A DNA stretch of 64,000 bases, taken from Oscillospiraceae bacterium (GTDB taxonomy: Bacteria; Bacillota; Clostridia; Oscillospirales; CAG-272). The stretch spans positions 364-64,363 of the forward strand of contig SVSH01000012.1 of the NCBI GenBank assembly GCA_015064395.1, in the 5' to 3' direction. The first letter of the stretch is position 1, and every line of letters starts with the position of its first letter. Below are positions 1 to 7,489 of this stretch, one piece after another. Below the pieces are notes generated by a model. The model saw nothing but the letters and a program-made list of their open reading frames with translations. It did no database searches and had not been told where the DNA came from. Both the position numbers and the translations under genes were made by a program.

Positions 1-45
1 TTAGCGGTATGCTTTTTTGTTCACCACAGTGGCGGTGTTTAATAT

Positions 46-122
46 ACATAGGCCTCGTTTGCAAGCATGGCGTTAAAAGTCCGGTAGAACGCGGAACCTT
101 TTAGCTCCCATCATCGTCAAGG
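46..122. repeat. 77-bp direct repeat, copy 1 (partner 1340..1415)
   Basis: acataggcctcgtttgcaagcatggcgttaaaagtccggtagaacgcggaaccttttagctcccatcatcgtcaagg recurs at 1340..1415 with 4 substitutions and 1 indel. Internal stem gttaaaag/cttttagc is kept as gttaaaag/cttttaac in copy 2. Confidence 0.85.
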
Positions 123-145
123 GGGTAGTGTACCCTCTGCAAAAT

Positions 146-178
146 CCGTGTGCATCTAAATTGGCCACACACGGTTTT
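146..178 (+). terminator. terminator-like hairpin
   Basis: ccgtgtg (146..152) pairs with cacacgg (168..174), followed by TTTT. No upstream gene is visible in the window. Confidence 0.35.
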
Positions 179-305
179 GCATCTAAATCGGACACACGTC
201 ACAAAAAAGTCAATCGGCTTATGTCGGTTGGCTTTTTTGCTTTGATAGCCTGGTGAGAAACAGCGCGGAAGTTGCGCCAGCAACTTCTGCTGACCGCTCG
301 CGGTC

Positions 306-352
306 AGCGGAGTTCGAATCCAGCTATTGGAAAATATTATCTCCGCTTTTTT
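306..352 (+). terminator. terminator-like hairpin with GTTCGAATCC in the loop
   Basis: agcggag (306..312) pairs with ctccgct (341..347), then a T-run to 352. It is preceded by two tight hairpins (gaagttgc/gcaacttc and ctgacc/ggtcag). Confidence 0.4.
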
Positions 353-381
353 CGACTCTGAAGTTTTTCGAAATTTTGTAG

Positions 382-459
382 ATGCATTTCCGCGCGGAGC
401 TTTGCTCGCGCATCATTTCGGGTCTGTAGACAGATTCGAACCGGCGAAATGCATTTTTT
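382..459 (+). terminator. terminator-like structure with alternative 5' partners
   Basis: gaaatgcat (446..454) can pair with atgcatttc (382..390). Its core cgaaatg (445..451) can instead pair with catttcg (414..420). A T-run follows at 454..459. Confidence 0.4.
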
Positions 460-504
460 GATATATATTCCCCCAGGAGCAAAACCGTGGACAGATTCGA
501 ACCG
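429..504. repeat. two exact copies of the 15-mer gacagattcgaaccg, each in a hairpin loop
   Basis: Exact 15-mers at 429..443 and 490..504. Degenerate relatives ggagttcgaatcc (309..321) and gatagattcggact (583..596). The flanking stems differ in sequence (catttcg/cgaaatg versus aaccgtgg/ccac-ggtt). Confidence 0.7.
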
Positions 505-644
505 CCACACAGGTTGCGGAGCCTTTCAAAAATCCTTCCCTTTCAAAATTTATTTACAAAGCCATAGTGCATCGACGTTTTGGATAGATTCGGACTAACG
601 AAACGGCAATCAACCAGCGGTTAACAAAGTATATCAACCCTCTC

Positions 645-673
645 TTTACATTTTGCTAAATATGTGCTATAAT
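645..673 (+). promoter_or_regulatory. sigma-A type promoter with extended -10
   Basis: TTTACA (645..650), 17-nt spacer, TGcTATAAT (665..673), 43 nt upstream of ATG 716. Confidence 0.55.
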
Positions 674-715
674 ATAATCAGTTCCGGAGCAATTATTATT
701 TGGAGGAATCTTGAT

Positions 716-1333
716 ATGTCAGGTTTAAGAATCGGTGAGAAAATCAAAGCAAAAAGAAGAGAGCGCGATTTAACACAAGAAGAACTTGCCAACATACTTG
801 GTGTAAGCAAAGCCGCTGTCAGCAAATGGGAAAATGAAGAGAGTTATCCTGATATAACTTTGCTTCCGCAAATAGCACAGTTGTTTCATATAACAATGGA
901 CGAACTTTTTGGCTATGCACTTGAGTACAAACCGTTAGTTATTGTGAACGAATACCATTTTGGGTTAGCACTTGAAGATTTTGATAAATGCATTTTGAAT
1001 CATGGTATCGCAAAAGAATGCGAAGTTTGTCAGAAACGTGAATATCTCGGCGGAGATGTTATTGAAGGTGAATGGGAAGTACGTATCCATTTCGTATCAA
1101 CTGAGGAAAACATACCGTATTTGTTACAAAAACACATTCGTCCCGGAGTACTTATCGACGGTTACAGCATAAGGATTGCCGATGGCAAGGCTATTATCGA
1201 CGATAAGCCAAATAAACATTATGTATGTAGCGAAAAGGTTTGGGAATACAACACCAAAGATAGAAAATATCTGCGTGAAATGCTTAAAGAGCAGGTTGCT
1301 ATGGGTTTGATTGGAGAAGAAGACGTATTTTAA
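716..1333 (+). CDS. XRE-family HTH transcriptional regulator with a ~140-aa C-terminal domain of unknown function
   Basis: ORF 653..1333 trimmed to ATG 716 behind GGAGG (703..707). N-terminus IGEKIKAKRRERDLTQEELANILGVSKAAVSKWENEESYPDITLL is a canonical XRE helix-turn-helix. Visibly AT-rich versus neighbours. Confidence 0.85.
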   Translation: MSGLRIGEKIKAKRRERDLTQEELANILGVSKAAVSKWENEESYPDITLLPQIAQLFHITMDELFGYALEYKPLVIVNEYHFGLALEDFDKCILNHGIAKECEVCQKREYLGGDVIEGEWEVRIHFVSTEENIPYLLQKHIRPGVLIDGYSIRIADGKAIIDDKPNKHYVCSEKVWEYNTKDRKYLREMLKEQVAMGLIGEEDVF

Positions 1334-1339
1334 ATAGTT

Positions 1340-1415
1340 ACATAGGCTTCGTTGCAAGCATGGCGTTAAAAGCCCGGTAGAACGCGGAACCTTTTAACTC
1401 CCATCATCGCCAAGG
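1340..1415. repeat. 77-bp direct repeat, copy 2 (partner 46..122)
   Basis: See 46..122. Weaker similarity continues about 40 nt further (ccctctgcaaaatccgtgtgcatctaaat versus cccttgcgagaaaagctgcgcctccaaat). Confidence 0.85.
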
Positions 1416-1469
1416 AATAATTCTGCCCTTGCGAGAAAAGCTGCGCCTCCAAATCATATGCTCCCGACA

Positions 1470-1508
1470 GCAATCCGAACGCTTTGGCCTTCGGATTGCT
1501 TGTTTTAT
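1470..1508 (+). terminator. intrinsic terminator after the XRE gene
   Basis: gcaatccgaa (1470..1479) pairs with ttcggattgc (1490..1499), then ttgtttta. Confidence 0.7.
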
Positions 1509-1520
1509 ATGCAAAGGTAG

Positions 1521-1549
1521 TTGCTTTTTGGTCATTTGCGTGGTATAAT
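1521..1549 (+). promoter_or_regulatory. sigma-A type promoter with extended -10
   Basis: TTGCTT (1521..1526), 17-nt spacer, TGgTATAAT (1541..1549). Confidence 0.55.
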
Positions 1550-1595
1550 CATATCGAAAAAACACGATAGCACATCAAAAAAAGGAGACCTACCA

Positions 1596-3050
1596 ATGAT
1601 CAAGTTCGGCACGGGCGGTTGGAGAGCCATCATCGGCTCGGATTTTATCGAGCGAAACGTTTGTCTTGTCACCGAGGGCATCTGTGCCTTGATGCAGGAG
1701 CAAGGAAAGGCGGACAAGCCGGTCATCATCGGCTACGATCACCGTTTTCTGTCCGACGCAGCCGCCGGCTGGATGGCCGAGGTGTTCGCCGCCCACGGCA
1801 TCACCGTTTGGATGATGCACCGTTCCGCGCCCACGCCGCTGGTCATGCACACAGTCAAACGCCAGGACCTCGATTTCGGCGTCGAGATCACGGCCAGCCA
1901 CAATCCCTCCTGCTACAACGGCATCAAGCTGATCGTCAAGGAGGGGCGCGACGCTCCCATTGAGACAACGACGCGTCTGGAGGCGCTGATCGCCGACATC
2001 GAGCAGCGCAGTCTTCCCTCTCCCCGTCTCCCGCTGGACGAGGCCACCCGGATGGGCCTGGCAGTCTATCTGAAAAATCCCTTCAACGACTTTATTGACG
2101 ACATTTTAAGCGTTCTGGACGTTGAGAGCATTCGCAACCACGGAGCGCGGGTGCTGTTTGACCCCATGTACGGCTCGGGTACTTACCCGCTGATGGTCAT
2201 TCTCTGCACGGCTCGGTGCACGGTGGACATGATCCACAACACCCGCGACGCTCACTTCGGCGGGCATCACCCTGCCCCCTCGGTTTCGGGTCTTGCCGAG
2301 CTGCGCAACCGCGTGGTGGCCGGCAAATACGAGCTCGGTATCGCTTTTGACGGCGACGGCGATCGCCTCGGCATCATCGACGCAAGCGGCCGTTATCTGA
2401 GCGCCAACGAAATTTTAGTCATGCTGTATTGGTATCTCCACGAGATCAAGGGCTGGCGCGGCGGTGTCGTTCGCAACCTGGCAACGACGCATATGCTGGA
2501 TGTGATGGCGGCGGATTTCGGCGAGGTCTCTTACGAGGTGCCGGTGGGCTTTAAGCACATTTCCTCCAAGATCGACGAGGTCGATGCGGTGCTGGGGGGC
2601 GAGTCCTCGGGAGGACTCACCGTTCGCGGGCACATTCACGGCAAGGACTCCATTTACGCGGCCTCGCTGTTCGTGGAGATGATTTCGGCGGTAGGCAAGT
2701 CCCCCTCGGCCATCATGGACGAGCTGGAGCACAAATACGGCCATTTTGAAATGATCGAGGACAACCTCTCCTTCACTCAAGAGGAAAAGGAGCTGGTTGA
2801 CCGCCTTATTTTCGAGCAAAAAATGCTTCCCGGCTTTGACAAGCCTGTCCGCCGCGTCAGCTATGCCGACGGTTGTAAGGTCTACTTTGAGGACAACAGC
2901 TTCGTCTCCTGCCGCTTCTCGGGCACCGAGCCTCTGCTCCGCATCTTTGCCGAGGCATCGTCTGCCGCCGTCGCTCGCAGCTACATAGCGGCCTTCCGTG
3001 AGCTGTTCACGCTCCACCAAGAACAAGCGCTTCCCGCCCTCATTTCTTAG
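1596..3050 (+). CDS. phosphoglucomutase/phosphomannomutase family (alpha-D-phosphohexomutase)
   Basis: ORF trimmed to ATG 1596 behind AAGGAG. TASHNPSCYNGIK phosphoserine loop and FDGDGDR metal loop. Confidence 0.9.
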   Translation: MIKFGTGGWRAIIGSDFIERNVCLVTEGICALMQEQGKADKPVIIGYDHRFLSDAAAGWMAEVFAAHGITVWMMHRSAPTPLVMHTVKRQDLDFGVEITASHNPSCYNGIKLIVKEGRDAPIETTTRLEALIADIEQRSLPSPRLPLDEATRMGLAVYLKNPFNDFIDDILSVLDVESIRNHGARVLFDPMYGSGTYPLMVILCTARCTVDMIHNTRDAHFGGHHPAPSVSGLAELRNRVVAGKYELGIAFDGDGDRLGIIDASGRYLSANEILVMLYWYLHEIKGWRGGVVRNLATTHMLDVMAADFGEVSYEVPVGFKHISSKIDEVDAVLGGESSGGLTVRGHIHGKDSIYAASLFVEMISAVGKSPSAIMDELEHKYGHFEMIEDNLSFTQEEKELVDRLIFEQKMLPGFDKPVRRVSYADGCKVYFEDNSFVSCRFSGTEPLLRIFAEASSAAVARSYIAAFRELFTLHQEQALPALIS

Positions 3051-3076
3051 GATATTCTTAAAAACCGCCGTTTTCT

Positions 3077-3105
3077 TTGACAAAGACGACAAGATGTGAT
3101 ACCAT
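3077..3105 (+). promoter_or_regulatory. sigma-A type promoter with extended -10
   Basis: TTGACA (3077..3082), 17-nt spacer, TGaTACCAT (3097..3105). Confidence 0.45.
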
Positions 3106-3150
3106 AAGACAAGAACTCTTAAATCTTTGTTTCTTAAGGAGAACATTGTC

Positions 3151-3927
3151 GTGAGAGAATTTTTTGGATTCGGTGGATACGAGCGTCCTGCCGAGGGCTT
3201 TCTGTCCTGGCAACACTTGACTTTCGTCGGTCTTTTGATGGCGATTATGGTCGTGCTTGGTGTAATGCTGGGGCTTCGCAACAAAGAAAAAGAGCCTTAT
3301 GTCAAAAACAAGGTTTTGATCGTAGCGGCCATTTTGATCGACGCCCTGGAGCTGTTCAAGATCGTGCTGTTTTGCGTGCGTGCGAGCGCCCCTATGGATT
3401 GGCTCTATAACCTGCCCCTGTTTTTGTGCAGCGTTCAGCTCATCACCCTGCCCCTGGCGGCCTTTTCCAAGGGACGCGTGAGAGAGGCGGCACTGGATTT
3501 CGTGTTCATCTTTGGTATTTTGGGTGCGGTAGCAGGCACCATCGGCGCAGGACAGAATTACAACGCTTATCCCGTGCTTTCGATGGATAACGTCGTCTCG
3601 GGTCTGACCCACTCCATCTCGGGCTTTGCTTCGCTCTATATCGGATTTGCCCGCATGACCAGCATGAAGAAACGAAACATCGGCATCACCTTTACGATCT
3701 TGCTTTCCGTGTGCGTCCTCGCCTACGTTGCCAACGTTCTTTTGCCCTACAACTATATGTTCCTGATGCAGGGAGACGGAACGCCCTATGATATTCTCTA
3801 CAATCTCGTCGGCGGAAGTCCCGTGTGGTATCCTTTGGGTGTGGTTGCGCTGTTCGTGGTGTATATCGTAGCCTTCTATTGGATCTTCTTCCTCATCACT
3901 CACAGAAAAAGCAAGCAGAACGCTTGA
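3151..3927 (+). CDS. YwaF/TIGR02206-like polytopic integral membrane protein
   Basis: GTG 3151 lies 9 nt after AAGGAG (3136..3141); the TTG 3127 start would bury that RBS. Multiple hydrophobic helices. The family assignment is from memory of N-terminal FGxGxxxxFSxxH-type proteins. Confidence 0.65.
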   Translation: MREFFGFGGYERPAEGFLSWQHLTFVGLLMAIMVVLGVMLGLRNKEKEPYVKNKVLIVAAILIDALELFKIVLFCVRASAPMDWLYNLPLFLCSVQLITLPLAAFSKGRVREAALDFVFIFGILGAVAGTIGAGQNYNAYPVLSMDNVVSGLTHSISGFASLYIGFARMTSMKKRNIGITFTILLSVCVLAYVANVLLPYNYMFLMQGDGTPYDILYNLVGGSPVWYPLGVVALFVVYIVAFYWIFFLITHRKSKQNA

Positions 3928-3940
3928 CGGCGGTATAAGA

Positions 3941-3972
3941 AAAAAAGGCATCCGATATGGATGCCTTTTTTC
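3941..3972. terminator. bidirectional intrinsic terminator between convergent genes
   Basis: A-run, ggcatcc (3947..3953), loop gatat, ggatgcc (3959..3965), then T-run. Confidence 0.75.
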
Positions 3973-4002
3973 TATTTTATGTTGAAAAATCGCACGACTA
4001 TG
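3962..4002. repeat. left copy of an imperfect ~40-bp direct repeat bracketing the AT-rich islet
   Basis: tgccttttttctattttatgttgaaaaatcgcacgactatg versus 5001..5044 tgccccttttttcttattttctgttgaaaaatcgcgcgcgatatg. The core attttNtgttgaaaaatcgc matches 19/20. Confidence 0.7.
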
Positions 4003-4007
4003 CCGCA

Positions 4008-4256
4008 TCATTCTTGCTCTGTATCAAGAAGCCAAGATGTCGTAACCTGCAAACATTTCGCAATGGCCACAATTTCATAATCAGCAACAAATCTTGTCCC
4101 GATTTCAATACGGCTAACACTGTCTCTTTCAATAACTATCCCATTCACCTGTAGTCTTGCCGCCAAATCCGCTTGCGACAATTTCAGTCGTTTTCTTGCT
4201 TCTTTGACACGTTTACCGCAAATATTCTTTTTCCCATCATAATCGTATATTTTCAT
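4008..4256 (-). CDS. small XRE-family HTH regulator (82 aa)
   Basis: KRVKEARKRLKLSQADLAARLQVNGIVIERDSVSRIEIGTRFVADYEIVAIAKCL is a typical Cro/CI-type HTH. Divergent from 4377..4934. AT-rich. Confidence 0.85.
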   Translation of the reverse strand: MKIYDYDGKKNICGKRVKEARKRLKLSQADLAARLQVNGIVIERDSVSRIEIGTRFVADYEIVAIAKCLQVTTSWLLDTEQE

Positions 4257-4295
4257 AGTCTCCTCACAAAAAATGTTAAAAATCAGAATTTACAC

Positions 4296-4324
4296 TTGAC
4301 TTTATCATTTTTTGACGCTATAAT
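4296..4324 (+). promoter_or_regulatory. consensus sigma-A promoter for 4377..4934
   Basis: TTGACT (4296..4301), 17-nt spacer, TATAAT (4319..4324). Confidence 0.6.
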
Positions 4325-4336
4325 TGTGTTAAAGAT

Positions 4337-4356
4337 AAGAATTTCTGAAAATTCTT
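4337..4356. promoter_or_regulatory. perfect 8-4-8 inverted repeat, candidate operator
   Basis: aagaattt-ctga-aaattctt between the -10 box and the RBS of 4377..4934, next to the divergent XRE gene. Confidence 0.45.
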
Positions 4357-4376
4357 GGAAAGATGAGGAAAAAGAA

Positions 4377-4934
4377 ATGAAAATCTACTCTATGTCTAAA
4401 GCAGATGTTATGGATGAACTTAATTGTCACCCCCACTTGTTACACAAAACGGTTGCCTTCTGTAAATCAAAAAATAAAAACTTGTCCGATGAGCAAGCTC
4501 GGTTAATGGCACAAGAATTAATATACCAAGAGTGCAGAAAAAAATTTGATTACAATGAATATGTGCGATCCGCCAGTGATGCGTTAAATCACATCAGTAA
4601 AAGCACTTCTAATTTCTCAAAAATGTTAGATGATGCTGCAACCGCTGATGAAATTGGACAATGGCTTGATAAACGGCAGGAAAAAGCACGTGATAAAAAC
4701 CTCAACCGACTCAAAAAGAAATGTAACCGTAGCGGTTTAGATTTTAATCAAGAACAAAAAAAATACGTTAAAAAGCAAAAAATACTTGACTTTATTATAA
4801 TTTGCACTTGGATAATTTCTTTTGTCGGCTTTCTTGTTTCGTTGTTCATAAATGGGATTGCCGCTTTGATCTGTGCAATATTATCATTTGGACACACCAT
4901 ATATTATATGTGTTTTAAGGACAAATACCTATAA
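4377..4934 (+). CDS. hypothetical Lys-rich protein with two C-terminal TM helices (185 aa)
   Basis: ORF 4173..4934 trimmed to ATG 4377 behind gaggaaaaag; the longer form would overlap the divergent XRE gene and the promoter. C-terminus ILDFIIICTWIISFVGFLVSLFINGIAALICAILSFGHTIYYM is hydrophobic. I recognise no family. Confidence 0.65.
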   Translation: MKIYSMSKADVMDELNCHPHLLHKTVAFCKSKNKNLSDEQARLMAQELIYQECRKKFDYNEYVRSASDALNHISKSTSNFSKMLDDAATADEIGQWLDKRQEKARDKNLNRLKKKCNRSGLDFNQEQKKYVKKQKILDFIIICTWIISFVGFLVSLFINGIAALICAILSFGHTIYYMCFKDKYL

Positions 4935-4937
4935 TGA

Positions 4938-4968
4938 AAAGGCTGAGTCAGCAGACTCAGCCTTTAGT
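4938..4968 (+). terminator. intrinsic terminator
   Basis: ggctgagtc (4941..4949), loop agca, gactcagcc (4954..4962), then tttagt. Confidence 0.6.
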
Positions 4969-5000
4969 CATCTGTAATATCAAGAAGGTACACATTTATC

Positions 5001-5044
5001 TGCCCCTTTTTCTTATTTTCTGTTGAAAAATCGCGCGCGATATG
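5001..5044. repeat. right copy of the direct repeat bracketing the AT-rich islet
   Basis: See 3962..4002. This copy carries the complete promoter of the mannosidase gene. Confidence 0.7.
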
Positions 5045-5051
5045 TTATAAT
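5023..5051 (+). promoter_or_regulatory. sigma-A promoter with extended -10
   Basis: TTGAAA (5023..5028), 17-nt spacer, TGtTATAAT (5043..5051). Confidence 0.6.
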
Positions 5052-5112
5052 AGATCAACTAAAATTTTCCCTCTCGGCGCGCGTCCCTGCGGTGCCGAAA
5101 AAAGGAGATTGT

Positions 5113-7488
5113 ATGAAAAAAATGTACTGGATCGGAAACGCACATCTTGACCCTGTCTGGCTTTGGCGCTGGCAGGACGGATACTCGGAGGTACTGGCCA
5201 CCTTCCGCAGTGCCCTGGACCGCATGAAAGAGACCCCCGACTTCAAATTCACCAGCGCTTGCGCGGTGTATTATCAGTGGATCGAAAAGAGCGATCCCGA
5301 GATGTTCGCCGAAATTCAAGAGCGGGTCAAGGAGGGACGCTGGAGCATCACGGGCGGTTGGTTCCTACAGCCCGACTGTAACATCCCCACGGGCGAGAGC
5401 TTTGCCCGCCATACCCTGCTGTCCCAGCGCTATTTCAAGGATAAATTCGGCGTGACTGCCAAAAGCGGCTATAACGTAGACTCGTTTGGTCACAACGCCT
5501 CGCTTCCCATGATCCTGCGGGCGGGCGGCATGCAAAACTACGTTTATATGCGTCCGGGCCCTCACGAGAAGGCACAGGACTTCGATCTGTTCCGCTGGGA
5601 GAGCGCCGACGGCAGTGCCGTCACCGCCTTCCGCATCCACGATTGCTACAACCTGGACGAAAACCAGACCAACCTCGAGGACAAGATCCGTGAGGACATC
5701 AAAAAGGACGGTCAGCCCCGCATGGCCTTCTTTGGCGTCGGCAACCACGGCGGCGGTCCCACGGCCAGAACCATTGATTACATCAAGGGCAAGGGGGATC
5801 CCGACGACCTGTTCTCTACGGTAGACGAGTACTTCACCAACGTTGACAAAACCAATCTTCCCGTAGTCAAGGAGGAGCTGCAGCATCACGCTCGCGGCTG
5901 TTACAGCGCGACCTCTTACGTCAAGACGATGAACCGCCGTTGCGAGGAAAATCTGCTCACGGCCGAGCGCTTCTGCGTCATGGCCAACCGTCTCGTCGGT
6001 TATGCTTACCCCCGGAAAAAGCTGAATAAGGCTTGGAAAAACGTGCTGTTCAATCAGTTCCACGATATCCTGGCGGGCTGCTCGATCGAGAGCGCCTACA
6101 CCGATGCCTCTTACCTCTATGGTGAGACGATGAGCATCACCGATCAGGCCATCAACGGGGCTCTGCAGGCCATCTGCCGCAAGATCGACACGGGGGCTGG
6201 CTCGGAGACGGGCTACAAGCTGCTGGGCATGGAGCATTTCCTCGTTTGGGAGCACGAAAAGCTTGGTATGCCCATCGTGGTCTTCAACCAGCACGCCTTC
6301 CCCGTCAAAGATACTGTGACCGTCCGCGTCAGCGCCGCGCGCATCACGGATGACAAGGGGGTTGAGGTTCCCTTCCAAAACGTCCGAGGCGAGCACCTCA
6401 ACGGCAGCGATATTTACGTCGTTACCTTCCCGGTCGAGATCCCGGCCTTTGGCTATCGCGTCTACCGCGTATTCCCGCTGGGTGAGAGTCAAGCCGAGTT
6501 CCCCGCCCTCACCGCCACCGAGCACAGCCTGGAAAACGACAAGCTACGGGTGGAATTCGATCCTGCAAGTGGTGAGATCGCCCGCATTACGGACAAGGCA
6601 AGCGGACATATCCTTGCCGAGGGCGGCATGAGCACCGTTCTGACCGACGAGACCGATTGCGACACCTGGGCGCACGGTCACGACGATCTGGGCGAGGTCT
6701 GCGGACAGTTTGGCAATCCCACCTTTAAGGTTCTGACCTGCGGGCCCGTCCGCGCGACACTGCGCGTCACCACGACCTACGCCTCTTCTACCTTGAGCCG
6801 CGATTACACGCTGAAAGCAGGCAGTGACGAGTTGCTTGTACATGGTGAAGTGGACTTCAGAGAATGCCACAAGGCGCTCAAGTTCACCTTCCCCGCCAAG
6901 GACAACGTCGTATGCGACATACCCTTTGGCACCGTCACAAGAGCGCTTGGTAAGGGCGAGGAGCCCTTCTCCAAGTGGTTTGCGTCGGGTGGTCTTTGCG
7001 TCGCCAACACCAACAAATACAGCTACGACTCGACGCCCGATCAGCTCCGTCTGACCGTTCTGCGCGGCGCCATCTACGCCGACCACTACGGACAGCCCTA
7101 CCGCGACGAGGTCTGCCACTTTATGGACAGAGGTCCGCAGACGTTTGATTATTCCCTGTTTGCTTACAACGGTGCCTCCGACGCGCACCGCCGCGCAGCT
7201 CTGTTGCAGGCGCCCCTTCGCACCGTCAACGACACCTTCCACCACGGTCCCTTGGGCGAGTGCTTTGAGGGTATGAAGGCTCCCGCTGACAACGTCATCG
7301 TCACCGCCATCAAGCAGGCCGAGGACAGTGAGGCTATGGTCGTTCGTTATTTGGAGGCCGACGGACGGGCTTGTGACGACAGCATCACGCTGATGGGCAA
7401 GAACATTCCCGTCTGCCTGTCGCCTTATGCGATCGGCACGGTGGACGAGAGCGGAACGACGCTGAACCTGATGGAATGGGAGGCATAA
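5113..7488 (+). CDS. glycoside hydrolase family 38 alpha-mannosidase (cytoplasmic)
   Basis: Trimmed to ATG 5113 behind AAAGGAG. N-terminus MYWIGNAHLDPVWLWRWQDGY is typical of GH38 catalytic domains. About 790 aa, no signal peptide. Confidence 0.85.
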   Translation: MKKMYWIGNAHLDPVWLWRWQDGYSEVLATFRSALDRMKETPDFKFTSACAVYYQWIEKSDPEMFAEIQERVKEGRWSITGGWFLQPDCNIPTGESFARHTLLSQRYFKDKFGVTAKSGYNVDSFGHNASLPMILRAGGMQNYVYMRPGPHEKAQDFDLFRWESADGSAVTAFRIHDCYNLDENQTNLEDKIREDIKKDGQPRMAFFGVGNHGGGPTARTIDYIKGKGDPDDLFSTVDEYFTNVDKTNLPVVKEELQHHARGCYSATSYVKTMNRRCEENLLTAERFCVMANRLVGYAYPRKKLNKAWKNVLFNQFHDILAGCSIESAYTDASYLYGETMSITDQAINGALQAICRKIDTGAGSETGYKLLGMEHFLVWEHEKLGMPIVVFNQHAFPVKDTVTVRVSAARITDDKGVEVPFQNVRGEHLNGSDIYVVTFPVEIPAFGYRVYRVFPLGESQAEFPALTATEHSLENDKLRVEFDPASGEIARITDKASGHILAEGGMSTVLTDETDCDTWAHGHDDLGEVCGQFGNPTFKVLTCGPVRATLRVTTTYASSTLSRDYTLKAGSDELLVHGEVDFRECHKALKFTFPAKDNVVCDIPFGTVTRALGKGEEPFSKWFASGGLCVANTNKYSYDSTPDQLRLTVLRGAIYADHYGQPYRDEVCHFMDRGPQTFDYSLFAYNGASDAHRRAALLQAPLRTVNDTFHHGPLGECFEGMKAPADNVIVTAIKQAEDSEAMVVRYLEADGRACDDSITLMGKNIPVCLSPYAIGTVDESGTTLNLMEWEA

Positions 7489-7489
7489 T

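Noticed and set aside
101-283. 60-aa minus-strand ORF
   Set aside because: It crosses the direct repeat and the tandem gcatctaaat motifs, has no RBS, and has an implausible Cys/Arg-rich sequence.
306-325. tRNA-like T-loop sequence GGAGTTCGAATCC
   Set aside because: The five bases on either side do not pair as a T-stem (CGGAG versus CCAGC). No acceptor, D or anticodon arms can be drawn. The related GATTCGAAC copies also fail.
46-1415. Integron cassette / attC interpretation of the 77-bp repeats
   Set aside because: The internal GTTAAAAG...CTTTTAAC arms are in the opposite order to the attC R''/R' cores (RYYYAAC...GTTRRRY). No integrase is present.
4173-4376. N-terminal extension of ORF 4173..4934
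   Set aside because: It would overlap the divergent XRE gene and run through a consensus promoter and palindrome. ATG 4377 has its own RBS.
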